DNA of 64,000 nucleotides from Deferrisomatales bacterium. GTDB taxonomy: Bacteria > Desulfobacterota > Deferrisomatia > Deferrisomatales > JACRMM01. Below the pieces are notes generated by a model. It worked only from the letters and a program-made list of their open reading frames with translations, was not told where the DNA came from and ran no database searches. A program made the translations under genes and the position numbers. The stretch is taken from positions 1-64,000 of the forward strand of contig JAWSUI010000003.1 in assembly GCA_033551855.1 (NCBI GenBank), given 5' to 3'. Below, in pieces: positions 38,737-48,009 of the stretch; the first letter of the stretch is position 1; every line of letters begins with the position of its first letter.

Positions 38737-40224
38737 CTACGGTTCATTCGCCGGCTGCCCGCTCTCGGGCGGAGTGCAGGCGCGGCCCTTGAGGTGAAAG
38801 AGGAACTTCAGCACGCCTTTGGTGCGGTCGCTGAAGAGCTTTTCCGAGAAGTAGCTGCCGGCGGCCCGCTTGGAGATCTCGGAGAGCGTCGGGTAGACGT
38901 GGATCGCGCCCGCGAGAGCCGAGAGCTTCACGCCCCCGGCCACCGTGGCGATCCACTCGTGGATGAGCTCGCCGGCGTGGGCGCCGATGATCTGGCACCC
39001 CAGGATCTTGCCCTTGCCGTCCACCAGCACCTTGATCTTGCCCAGGGGCTCGCCCTCGGCCAGGGCCCGGTCGTTGCCGGCGAACTCCTCGGTGAGCACC
39101 CGGTAGGCCACTCCCTCCTTCTGCGCTCTCTTCTCGTTGAGCCCCACGCTGGCCACCTCGGGGTCGGTGTAGGTGCACCAGGGGACCTTGGCGTAGTCGG
39201 CCTTGCGGGGCAGGCGAAGGACGATGTTTGTGAGCGCGATGCCCCCTTCGTACCCGGCCACGTGGGTGAAGGGGAACTGGCCGTTGACGTCCCCGCAGGC
39301 GTAGATGTGCTTGACGTTGGTGCGCAGCCGCGCGTCGGTGGGGATGCCCCGGGGCGAGAACTCCACGCCCGCCGCCTCCAGCCCCAGGTCCTCCACGTTG
39401 GGCCGGCGCCCGGTGGCCACGAGGAGCGCCTCGGCATCAAGGACGCGCACCTCGCCCCCGCCCTCGGCCGGAACGACGGTGAGCCGCACGCCATCGCCCC
39501 GGCGCTCGGCCTTCACCGCCTTGGTGCCGGTGAGGATCTCCATCCCCTCGGCCTCGAGGCGCTGCCGCAGGATCGCGGCGACGTCGGCGTCCTCCGGCCC
39601 CAGGATCTGATCCAGAAACTCCACCACGGTCACCCGGGAGCCGAGGCGCTGGAAGGCCTGGGCCAGCTCCAGGCCGATGGGGCCGCCTCCGAGGACCAGG
39701 AGCCGGGGGGGCAGCACGGTCTGGGAAAAGACCGTCTCGTTGGTCCAGTGGGGGGTCTCGGCGAGCCCCTCCACCGGGGGCAGCGCAGGCCGCGACCCCG
39801 TGGCGATCACCCAACTGCGGGCCGTTACCCGCTGGCCGTCCACCTCCACCGCGTGATCGTCCACGAACCGGGGCGCCCCGAAGCGCACCTCGGCACCCAG
39901 GCCGCAGAACCGCTCCGGGGAGTCGTGCTCCTGGATCGTCTCGATGACCGAGCGCACCCGCGCCATCACCGCCCCCAGGTCCACGGGGGAAAGCTCGAGG
40001 CGCGGCAGCCCGAACTCGGCGGCCCGCCGCGCCTGGGCCCACACCCCGGCAGTGCGGATCAGGGTCTTGGAGGGCACGCACCCGGTGTGGAGGCAGTCGC
40101 CCCCGAGCTGGGGCGCCTTCTCGATGAGGAGCGCCTTGGCGCCGAACTGGGCGGCACCCGCGGCCACCGTGAGGCCGGCGGCCCCGCCCCCGAGGATGCC
40201 CACGTCGTAATCGTAGTCTGCCAT
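38737..40224 (-). CDS. FAD-dependent pyridine nucleotide-disulfide oxidoreductase (MerA/LpdA-like)
   Basis: GGGAAG, GGDCLHTGCVPSK, GGGPIG, HVYPTLSE. Confidence 0.92.
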   Translation of the reverse strand: MADYDYDVGILGGGAAGLTVAAGAAQFGAKALLIEKAPQLGGDCLHTGCVPSKTLIRTAGVWAQARRAAEFGLPRLELSPVDLGAVMARVRSVIETIQEHDSPERFCGLGAEVRFGAPRFVDDHAVEVDGQRVTARSWVIATGSRPALPPVEGLAETPHWTNETVFSQTVLPPRLLVLGGGPIGLELAQAFQRLGSRVTVVEFLDQILGPEDADVAAILRQRLEAEGMEILTGTKAVKAERRGDGVRLTVVPAEGGGEVRVLDAEALLVATGRRPNVEDLGLEAAGVEFSPRGIPTDARLRTNVKHIYACGDVNGQFPFTHVAGYEGGIALTNIVLRLPRKADYAKVPWCTYTDPEVASVGLNEKRAQKEGVAYRVLTEEFAGNDRALAEGEPLGKIKVLVDGKGKILGCQIIGAHAGELIHEWIATVAGGVKLSALAGAIHVYPTLSEISKRAAGSYFSEKLFSDRTKGVLKFLFHLKGRACTPPESGQPANEP

Positions 40225-40296
40225 CTTCTCCCCTCCTCGCGCACGGCACCCTGCCGGAAAACTTGCCAGCCGGCTGTGCCCGTCGTTCCTACCATG

Positions 40297-40323
40297 AGTC
40301 GCCCGTTCGGAGCGGCCCTTACA
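40297..40323 (-). promoter_or_regulatory. Candidate ECF sigma promoter
   Basis: TGTAAG-N16-CGACT. Confidence 0.55.
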
Positions 40324-40353
40324 CCTCGCCCCGGATCCGCCACCCCTTGCGGC

Positions 40354-40423
40354 AAGATACCCGGCTTCGGCCGGTCCGGCTGTAGCCGTCGCTACAGCGC
40401 AGCCCCGCTTGGCCATCTATCTT
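40354..40423. promoter_or_regulatory. Bidirectional Crp/Fnr class II promoter
   Basis: TGTAGC-CGTC-GCTACA at 40381-40396 with TATCTT exactly 22 nt after TAC on both strands. Confidence 0.75.
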
Positions 40424-40458
40424 GTTCCAGACGGAATGCCATCCTACTCGAGGGCCCC

Positions 40459-41205
40459 ATGACGGCAACCCCCCGGCGCGTCCCCGATGACCCCTGCGGG
40501 GTACCGACCTCCCCGCTGCCGCTGGCCGCCGGGTCTCCCGTGCCCGGGGAGGGCGGCGACCTGACCGGCGAGACGCTTTCCGTCGGAGAGGTCCGTTCCA
40601 GGCGCCGCCCCGCGGGCGAGATCCTCCTCCGGGAAGGGGCCCCCGCGGCGAGCCTGTTTCTCCTCCTGGAGGGCTGCGTCTGCCTGTACCGCCGCAGCCC
40701 GAGTGGAAGGCCCGCCGTCGCGGGCTTCTGCCGGCCGGGGGATGTGGTCGGCGAGGCAATGCTCCTGGGCCTGCGCACGTCACAGGTGACGGCCGTGTGC
40801 CTGGAGCCCTGTGTCACGCAAGAGCTGTCCGCCGCCGCCCTGGAGGCTCTGGTGGCAGAGCGCCCGTCGCTGGGATGGGCGCTCCTTCGCCGCCTGGCGG
40901 GCCAGACGCACCGGATGGCCGAGCGGATCGCCGCCCTCTCGGAGCCGGCGCTGGCCGAGCGCACCCATGCGGTCCTCACCAACGCCGCCCGAACCGTGGG
41001 CCGGCCCCACCCGGAGGGGTGGGCGTTGGGGACCACCTTTTCGCACGAGGAGATCGGCCGTCTGGCCGGGGCCCACCGGGTGAGCGTCACCCGGGCCCTT
41101 GCCCGGCTTCGTTCGGCCGGCAGGATCCGCACAGAACGCCGCAGCATCGTGGTCGTCCAGGAAGGAAGGAACCTGCCCGGGGACGAGACGGTAGAAAGGG
41201 GCTAG
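40459..41205 (+). CDS. Crp/Fnr family regulator (paralog of 28017..28736)
   Basis: SHEEIGRLAGAHRVSVTRAL; cNMP-fold. Confidence 0.88.
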   Translation: MTATPRRVPDDPCGVPTSPLPLAAGSPVPGEGGDLTGETLSVGEVRSRRRPAGEILLREGAPAASLFLLLEGCVCLYRRSPSGRPAVAGFCRPGDVVGEAMLLGLRTSQVTAVCLEPCVTQELSAAALEALVAERPSLGWALLRRLAGQTHRMAERIAALSEPALAERTHAVLTNAARTVGRPHPEGWALGTTFSHEEIGRLAGAHRVSVTRALARLRSAGRIRTERRSIVVVQEGRNLPGDETVERG

Positions 41206-41208
41206 GCA

Positions 41209-41838
41209 GTGCCTGCGAGAGGAGACGCAGCAGGAAGGACGCCGTTCCGAGCGGCACCGGCGAGACCTCCACAGAAACCCGGCTCCCGCGGTGCGGCCTG
41301 GGTCGCAGACCACGCAGACGCCCTCTTCCGCTACGCGTCGAGCCGGGTCGGAGATCGGGAAACCGCCCTGGACCTGGTGCAGCAGTCTCTCGCCGCGGCC
41401 CTGGCCTCCGCCACGGCGTACCGCGGGGCGGCGGCCCCCCGGACGTGGCTGATCGGCATCCTGCGCCACAAGATCGCCGACCACTTTCGCGACCGATCGA
41501 GGATGGCGGGGAGCCTGGATGCTTCCGACGAAGGCGCGTGGTTCGACGGCTCCGGGCGCTGGCGGGCCTCGGCGGGGGAGCCCGGGCCAGGGCCGGCGGC
41601 CCAACTGGACCGGAGCGCGTTCCGGCAGGCGCTTTCCGAGTGCCTGCGGAACCTGCCGCCGCGGCAGGCGAGCGCCTTCGTCCTCCGGGAGATGGAGGGG
41701 ATCCCGACCCCGGAGCTGTCCGCCCTGCTCGGCACCACCCCAGACAACCTCTGGGTTCTTCTGCACCGGGCTCGGCTGGCTCTGCGCTCACAGCTCGCGC
41801 GCAGGGGGTTCGGCGCCGGGGATCTCTCGGGGCAATGA
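41209..41838 (+). CDS. ECF sigma-70 factor
   Basis: ALDLVQ, TWLIGILRHKIAD, VLLHRARLALR. Confidence 0.9.
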   Translation: MPARGDAAGRTPFRAAPARPPQKPGSRGAAWVADHADALFRYASSRVGDRETALDLVQQSLAAALASATAYRGAAAPRTWLIGILRHKIADHFRDRSRMAGSLDASDEGAWFDGSGRWRASAGEPGPGPAAQLDRSAFRQALSECLRNLPPRQASAFVLREMEGIPTPELSALLGTTPDNLWVLLHRARLALRSQLARRGFGAGDLSGQ

Positions 41839-41869
41839 CGGCCCTCAGACCGCTGGGACCGGCGCTGCC

Positions 41870-42075
41870 TCATCCGTTCAGGCCCCAGTCGTAGGCCGCA
41901 TACGCCACCGCCAGGCGGTCCCCTTCCGTCTCGAGGAAGGCGCGCTTTCCCGGATCGAGCAGATGCCGGCGGACGAAGTCGAGCACCCCGGCACGGCCCC
42001 CGAAATCCGCCTGGTACCACTCGAAGATGCGCGACAACCTCACGACGTCCTCCCTGCGTGGGGCGAGACCCTCGG
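41870..42075 (-). pseudogene. C-terminal fragment of a DUF547 protein
   Basis: LSRIFEWYQADFGG...YDWGLN; N-terminal part absent. Confidence 0.7.
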
Positions 42076-42084
42076 CCCCCTGCG

Positions 42085-43002
42085 TCAGGGCTCGGGCGAG
42101 AACCGCTCGGTCCCCGGGTGAATTCCCTTCCAGACGAACCAGTACGTCACGGTGGGGACGAGCTCGGTGCCGTCCCCGATGCGGGCGGTCAGGCGGTCCG
42201 TCTCGGGCTCGTGGCGCAGGGTCACGGTCTGCCCGTCCAGATGGTCGCGCACCTCGCCCCTGCGCCGGAGCTCCGCCACCGGGTAGGCCTTGGTGCGCCC
42301 GTTCCACTCCACTCCCGCCACAAGCTCCTTCTCCTCCTCCCCGGGGCCCGGAGCGAAGCGCGAGAACAAGCCGCGGCGGCTGCGGTAGTAGTCCTCGTAG
42401 GGGTCCTTGTCGTAGTCGCGAACGTGCCCGGTCTCGAGGCTCAGTACGGCGGTCTCCGGATGCCGACGGCGCCACTTTTCCCACGTGGTGACCGTGGACC
42501 CCAGTGCCCGCAGCCGGGTCCCGGTGCGGGGTCCCGTCACCGCCTCGCGCTTCACCTGCGACCAAAGGGACTCGGTCTGGTGGTCGTACATCAAGACATT
42601 GGAGTTCCACAAGAGCCCCGAGACGCCGAACGTATAGGTCTGGTCCCCGATCTCCCGGGCGTACACGACGCCCGCAAAGGACAGCGGTCACCAGCTCACC
42701 AGGGCCGGCACACCCCCCACCCGGTCGTTGACCAGCTCGTGCCAGGAGAGGATTCGAATCGGGTAGGCCCGAGCCTCGCCCCGGTGGACAAACCCGAGGA
42801 CGCGGTCGTCCGGCTTCAGGAACCCGGCTTCCGCTGCCGGGACGAACTTCGGGTCGAGCAGCGCCGGGATGCCGTCCCGGGGCGGCCCGCCGGAGAGGAT
42901 CTCCTCCAGGGGGATGCTGTGGCGGCTCAGGTCCCAGGCAGCGGCGGGAGCAGCGACCGCCAGGGCGGCGAGGACGGCGAGGGCGGCGGCGATTCGGGTC
43001 AT
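42085..43002 (-). CDS. DUF3179 family exported selenoprotein (Sec at UGA 42688-42690)
   Basis: SGGPPRDGIPAL, HELVND, LVSW-U-PLSFAG, SGLLWNSN, DHQTESLWSQ; two ORFs in frame. Confidence 0.85.
42656..42674 (-). promoter_or_regulatory. SECIS-like hairpin
   Basis: CGGGCGU-CGUGU-ACGCCCG starting at nt 14 after UGA. Confidence 0.7.
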
Positions 43003-43025
43003 GGTTCTCCTCCCTTCTTCCAAGG

Positions 43026-43052
43026 AGTCGCCGGTTCGGCCGAAACCTTACA
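43026..43052 (-). promoter_or_regulatory. Candidate ECF sigma promoter
   Basis: TGTAAG-N16-CGACT just upstream of the RBS. Confidence 0.55.
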
Positions 43053-43121
43053 GGGGAGGGAGGAGGCGGGCGCCCCGGCGGCCGCGCACCCGAGGGCCGG
43101 CCGCCGGGTCTGTTCCTGTAA

Positions 43122-43604
43122 CTACTTCAGCGGCCCGATGAACAGATAGTCGTTGTCCGCCACTCGAGAATGGCAGCCCAGGCACATGCCCTCCTTGCCC
43201 TCCTCGTCCACCTTCCCATCGGGGGCGTACTTGGCCCAGAACCAGTCGCCCCCGGCCGGGTTGTAGCCCTGCACCTTGTACATGACGGTGACGGCCGCGA
43301 GCGTCTTGTCGGGCATGTAGTTCTCCTTCACCACGATGGCACCCGCCGGCATGGTGCCCTTCTTGCCCTCGATGGCACCCAGCGCCGCGCCGTTCACGTA
43401 GGTCGTCAGCAGCACCCCGTGGGGCTCCGTGCCCGGGTAGAGGGCGCTCTTTCCCGGCCACATCTTCCAGGACGTGTAGTTTTCGGCCTTGAGGTGCTTC
43501 CAGAGGGCGGCGCCCGAAGCCTCGGGGCCGGCCCAGGCGGCCGAGCCCGCGGCCAGCACGCCTGCACACAGGGAAACCGTGAGCCACGCCAGTCTTCTCT
43601 TCAT
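43122..43604 (-). CDS. Cytochrome P460-family monoheme cytochrome c
   Basis: Signal peptide, IVVKENY, VMYK, GDWFWAKY, C-terminal CLGCH. Confidence 0.85.
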   Translation of the reverse strand: MKRRLAWLTVSLCAGVLAAGSAAWAGPEASGAALWKHLKAENYTSWKMWPGKSALYPGTEPHGVLLTTYVNGAALGAIEGKKGTMPAGAIVVKENYMPDKTLAAVTVMYKVQGYNPAGGDWFWAKYAPDGKVDEEGKEGMCLGCHSRVADNDYLFIGPLK

Positions 43605-43723
43605 GGGCTGCTCCTTTCCCGGGGCCATCGCCCCGGCGGTTGTGGGCCTTCGGCCCGAGAACGAATACCACAGTCTCGGGATTCGTCGAGTCCCGCGGCT
43701 GTGAATGGCGAGCGACACGCGAC

Positions 43724-44598
43724 TCAGGACGCCGCCTCCCGGTGGTCGTGAGGAATGAGGCCCGCCGAGAGCCCCGGGCGCGTCAGGCCGCCCCCGTCGA
43801 GCCACGCGCCGGTGGACTCCCGGGCCCGCCCCATCAGCTCTGCAGTGCGGGTGAAGTCGTAGGAGGAGACGTCGAGGGGGCACAGGGACGGCACGACGAA
43901 CACCTCGGTGCGGGACGCGGCCCATGCCACGTCGCGGACGAGCTGGTGGGCGATCAGCAGGTTGAGGGCGTGGAGCGCGATGGCCAGGACGTCGTGCGGG
44001 GGGTGGGGCGCGGCACAGGTGAAGCCCGTCGGCAGCACGATGACCCGGCCCGCTCCCGCGTCCACGGCCGCGTGGATTGGCGTGTTGCTGGCGATTCCCC
44101 CGTCCATCAGGTCGTGGATCCCGATGCGCACGGGCGGAAACAGCCGGGAATAGCCGCGCTGGCCAGGAGGGCGTCGGCCGCGGACCCGGACGTGAGCCGG
44201 ACCTCCGTTCCACCCAGCAGGTCGGTGGCGATGACCGTGCACGGGATCGTCGCGTCTTCGAGGCGGCGCAACGGCAGGGCGCCTGCGATCAGTCTGCGCA
44301 GAGAACCGGGGTCGAGCAGGGCGTCCCGGCCGAACAGGAACCGGTACAGAGCCCGCAGACGCGCCAGGGGAAACACGTCTTCGCGCCGAACCCGGGCCCA
44401 CACGGCCTTGAGCCGCTGCACGCCGGCCAAGGTGGGCTCGGCCGCGAAATGGGCCGCGCTGAGGGCGCCCACGGAGGACCCGACCACCAGGCCGGCTCCG
44501 ACGCCGTGCTCCAGCAGCACCTGGAGCATGCCCACCTGCACGGCTCCGAGGCTGCCTCCCCCGGCCAGGACGAACGCGGTCTTCGTGGGTATGGACAA
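43724..44598 (-). pseudogene. Patatin-like phospholipase with a frameshift near 44144
   Basis: GGGSLG and GSSVG in one frame, LFPPV...DGG in another. Confidence 0.8.
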
Positions 44599-44822
44599 GG
44601 GCGACTCCCGTAAGACCGGTGATCTACGCGCCGGCGCGCAGGGCGCACCCGGGCGCTTCCGGCACCGCATCTGCCAAGTAGTCGCACGGCGAACCCATTC
44701 GTTTCACCGAACGCCAGGCGCGCGGAAGGGAGTCGGCCGGAGACCGAGAACCGGGAGAACGAAGCCGGGGGGGGAAGCGAAGGAAAACAGGGGGAGACGC
44801 CCGCGGCGCGGGGCGAAGGCTC

Positions 44823-45086
44823 TCAGCTCCCCTCGGAGGCGAGTGTCCGCAGGAGCGCGTCCTTTTCCTCGGGGGTCAGGCCGAGAACCTCTCCGGCCTC
44901 AGGATGCAGGAGCCGGCCGAGCTCCTCGCGCAGGAGCGCGCGCAGCGACAGGAGCTGCCGTCGGTACTCCGAGCAGCGGGGGCACATCCCCAGGTGCAGC
45001 GCCAGAGGCAGCCGCTCCAGGATCTTCAGGGGGGCGTCCAGGCTCTTCGAGACCAATTGGGCCGCCTCGCGGCACCGGAGCATCAT
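44823..45086 (-). CDS. zf-HC2 anti-sigma factor
   Basis: MLRCRE...HLGMCPRC; overlaps the sigma stop codon. Confidence 0.88.
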   Translation of the reverse strand: MMLRCREAAQLVSKSLDAPLKILERLPLALHLGMCPRCSEYRRQLLSLRALLREELGRLLHPEAGEVLGLTPEEKDALLRTLASEGS

Positions 45087-45700
45087 GGGGTCTCCTTTCC
45101 TCCCCCGAACCCGCTCCGCTCGAGACACGCCCGCAGGGCCAGGCGCGCCCGGTGGAGCAGGACCCAGATATTCGTCGGGGTGGTCGCGAATTCCTTGCAG
45201 AGCTCTTCCGTGGAGAGCCCTTCCAACTCCCGCAGCACGAAGAGACTGGCCCGCCGCGGAGAAAGCCGGCGCAGGCAGAGTTGCAATGCCTGCCGAAATC
45301 GTTTCCGGTCGAGTGCGTCGCCGGGGTCGAAGGGCCAGGGTCCAGGGGGCACCCGCCACCGGCCGCCGCCGTCAAAGAGGTCCTCCTCGGGGTCTGCCGC
45401 CGAGGCTTCCGGGGTCTGCGCGGCGCGCCGGAAGTGGTCGGCGATCTTGTGGCGTAGCACGCCGATCAGCCAGGTCCTCGGGCTCGAGCGCCCCTCGAAG
45501 CCGGCGCCCTTCACGAGGGCCAAGAACGTCTCCTGGACGACGTCGCGTGCGGTCTCCCGGTCCCCCACCCGCGAGAGCGCATAACGGAACAAATCATCTG
45601 CGTGCTCCGCCACCCAGCGCGCCACGTCGGTCCCGCTTGCCGGCTCCACCCTTGCAAGCGCCCCGGATTCCGGGGCGGCCGTCTCCCTTCCATCATCCAT
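45083..45700 (-). CDS. ECF sigma-70 factor
   Basis: DVVQETF, TWLIGVLRHKIAD, VLLHRARLALRACL. Confidence 0.92.
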   Translation of the reverse strand: MDDGRETAAPESGALARVEPASGTDVARWVAEHADDLFRYALSRVGDRETARDVVQETFLALVKGAGFEGRSSPRTWLIGVLRHKIADHFRRAAQTPEASAADPEEDLFDGGGRWRVPPGPWPFDPGDALDRKRFRQALQLCLRRLSPRRASLFVLRELEGLSTEELCKEFATTPTNIWVLLHRARLALRACLERSGFGGGKETP

Positions 45701-45912
45701 GCGTGCACCGTACAGGACGCGTACCCACGTCGGCAAGTGCCCGGCCACTCGGGAGAGTCCCAGCGCAGGCGCCTTCTCGTGGGACCCGGAAGGGGGACCG
45801 TTCGGCTCGGCGCCGCCCAGGCCGGGCGAGAGGGAACCCTGACCCGGGGGATGTCGAGGCACGGGCGGGACCTGGATTCCCCGCCTGGCCGGCAAGCGGG
45901 GTCCGGGAGCCC

Positions 45913-48009
45913 CTACGTTTCGCCCCGCAATCCGCGGCCATTCGAAGAGGTGTCCCCGCGGACCTCGATACGGCGGGCTTCACCCGTTTGCGCCGGAAGC
46001 GGCCGGTCGGTCGATACGGCACGGGGCGGGTCTTCGGGCCTCCCGGACCCCGGCCCAAGATCAAGGTGCGGGTTCTGGGGAACCCCATCGACCCCGCCTT
46101 CCTCGAAGAACGACGCCACGTCCTCCCGGCGGCGGGTGCGGGGGAAGGGGGGGAGGCTGTCCAGGAGGAACCGGCCGTAGGACCTCTCGAGGAGCCGCCG
46201 GTCGAGGATCGCCACCACGCCCCGATCGGTGGTGCGGCGGAGGAGCCTCCCCACCCCCTGCCGGAGCGCCATGGCGGCAGCCGGGAGTTGGTAGGAGGAG
46301 AAGGGGGACTCACCCAGGGCCCTGGCCCGCTCGATCCGCGCCTCGACGAGGGGCTCGGTGGGAGTGGCGAACGGGAGCTTGTCGATGATGACGGCGGAGA
46401 GGGCCTCCCCGGGCACGTCGACCCCTTCCCAGAAGGACTGGGCCCCCAGGAGCACCGAGTGGGTGTCGCGCCGGAAGGCCTCCAGGAGCACCTCCCGGGG
46501 GGCCTGCCCCTGGACCAGGAGGGGGTAGGGAACCCGTGCGGCAAGGACCTCGGCCACGGCGCGCAGCACCCGGTGAGAGGTGAACAGGCAAAAGGCCCGG
46601 CCGCCCGTGGCCCGGAGCAGGGTGGCGATCTCCTCGGCCGCCGTCTCGGGGAAGGATGGGTTCCCCGGATCGGGCATCCGGGCGGGCACGTAGAGCAGCC
46701 CCTGCCGGGCGAAGTCGAAGGGGCTCGGGACCGCCACCTCCCGGGCGCCCTCCGGAATTCCCAGGCGGGCGGACAGATAGGCGAAGCTCCCCCCCGCCCG
46801 CAGCGTCGCCGAGGTGAGGACCACCGGCAACGGGCCCGAGAAGACCCTCGCCTGCAGGTGGGTGCCGATCTCCACCGGGGCGGCGTGGAGGGTGGCGGCG
46901 CGCCCCCGGGACGCGACCCAGCGCACCTCGCCCGCTTCGGGTTCCGTGGCGAAGCGGGCCAGGTCCTCTCGCAACTCCCGGCTGCGCCGGAAGAGGGCCT
47001 CCCACTCCTGACTCGCCGCCTGCCGCGGTGCCAGGCGGTCGATCCAGTGCGCCAGGGTATCGAGGAGTTCCGCCAGGGCCTCCCGGGCCTCCCCTTCCAG
47101 GGTGCCCCGCAACCGCAGGGGGACCTCGCCCCGCGGGAGGCTCGACCACAGCCTGTCGGAGGCCTCGGCTACAGCAGAGAGCGCCTGGGCCAGGGGGCCG
47201 TCGCTGCCGCCCAGGGCCCCGGCGGCGTCGCGGGTGAAGTCCGCCAAACGGTGGGAGCCCACGCGGGACCCGAAGTATTGGGTCGCAACCGGCTCCAGGT
47301 GGTGCGCCTCGTCGAAGACCACCGCCTCGTAGCGGGGCAGCACTTCCCCCGCCGAGGAGGAGCGCACGGCGAGGTCGGCGAAAAAGAGGTGGTGGTTGAC
47401 CACGACCACCTGGGCCCGCTGGGCGGCGCGGCGGTGGGCACCCAGGTGGCACGGTTCCTCCCGGGGGCACTTCGCGCCCCAGCACGTCTCGGAGGTGGAG
47501 CAGATCTCCCGCCAGGGGCCGAAGTCGTCGGGAAGGTCGGCGAGCTCCGCCCGGTCCCCGGTGCGGGTCGCCCCGGCCCACGCCTCGAGGCGGGCGTACA
47601 GACGTGCCTCGGCGGCGAAGCGGAAGAGGGGCTGCGCCCGGAACCTCTCGAAGCGCCGCAGGCACAGGTAGTTCTGGCGTCCCTTGAGGAGGGCGACGGG
47701 AACCGAGCGCCCCAGGGCGGTGGCCAGGAGCGGGACGTCCTTTTGCAGGATCTGGGACTGGAGGGTCTTGGTGGCCGTGCTGACCACGACCTTCTTCCCC
47801 CCCAGGAGTGCCGGCACAAGGTAGGCCAGCGTCTTTCCGGTGCCCGTGCCGGCCTCCGCGAGAAGCACCCCGCCCTCCTGGAGGGTGCCGTACACGGCTT
47901 GTGCCATGGCCGCCTGCCCGGGCCGGGCCTCGTAGCCCGGCAGACACCGAGCGAGGGGCCCGGCCGGACCGAAAAACCCCTGGACCCCCTCCCCGCCTCG
48001 GCTCGTCAC
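45913..48009 (-). CDS. DinG/YoaA-family ATP-dependent DNA helicase
   Basis: EAGTGTGKT, KGRQNYLC, DEAH, SFWEGVD, QGVGRLLR. Confidence 0.93.
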   Translation of the reverse strand: MTSRGGEGVQGFFGPAGPLARCLPGYEARPGQAAMAQAVYGTLQEGGVLLAEAGTGTGKTLAYLVPALLGGKKVVVSTATKTLQSQILQKDVPLLATALGRSVPVALLKGRQNYLCLRRFERFRAQPLFRFAAEARLYARLEAWAGATRTGDRAELADLPDDFGPWREICSTSETCWGAKCPREEPCHLGAHRRAAQRAQVVVVNHHLFFADLAVRSSSAGEVLPRYEAVVFDEAHHLEPVATQYFGSRVGSHRLADFTRDAAGALGGSDGPLAQALSAVAEASDRLWSSLPRGEVPLRLRGTLEGEAREALAELLDTLAHWIDRLAPRQAASQEWEALFRRSRELREDLARFATEPEAGEVRWVASRGRAATLHAAPVEIGTHLQARVFSGPLPVVLTSATLRAGGSFAYLSARLGIPEGAREVAVPSPFDFARQGLLYVPARMPDPGNPSFPETAAEEIATLLRATGGRAFCLFTSHRVLRAVAEVLAARVPYPLLVQGQAPREVLLEAFRRDTHSVLLGAQSFWEGVDVPGEALSAVIIDKLPFATPTEPLVEARIERARALGESPFSSYQLPAAAMALRQGVGRLLRRTTDRGVVAILDRRLLERSYGRFLLDSLPPFPRTRRREDVASFFEEGGVDGVPQNPHLDLGPGSGRPEDPPRAVSTDRPLPAQTGEARRIEVRGDTSSNGRGLRGET

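Noticed and set aside
38737..40224. Calling this gene merA
   Set aside because: No C-terminal Cys-Cys pair, no NmerA domain, no mer genes nearby
37933..40458. N-terminal 842 aa of the 1090-aa ORF
   Set aside because: Antisense to real genes; only the Crp domain from 40459 is credible
42085..42087. Sec readthrough joining DUF3179 to the DUF547 fragment
   Set aside because: The fragment is in a different frame and DUF3179 is complete
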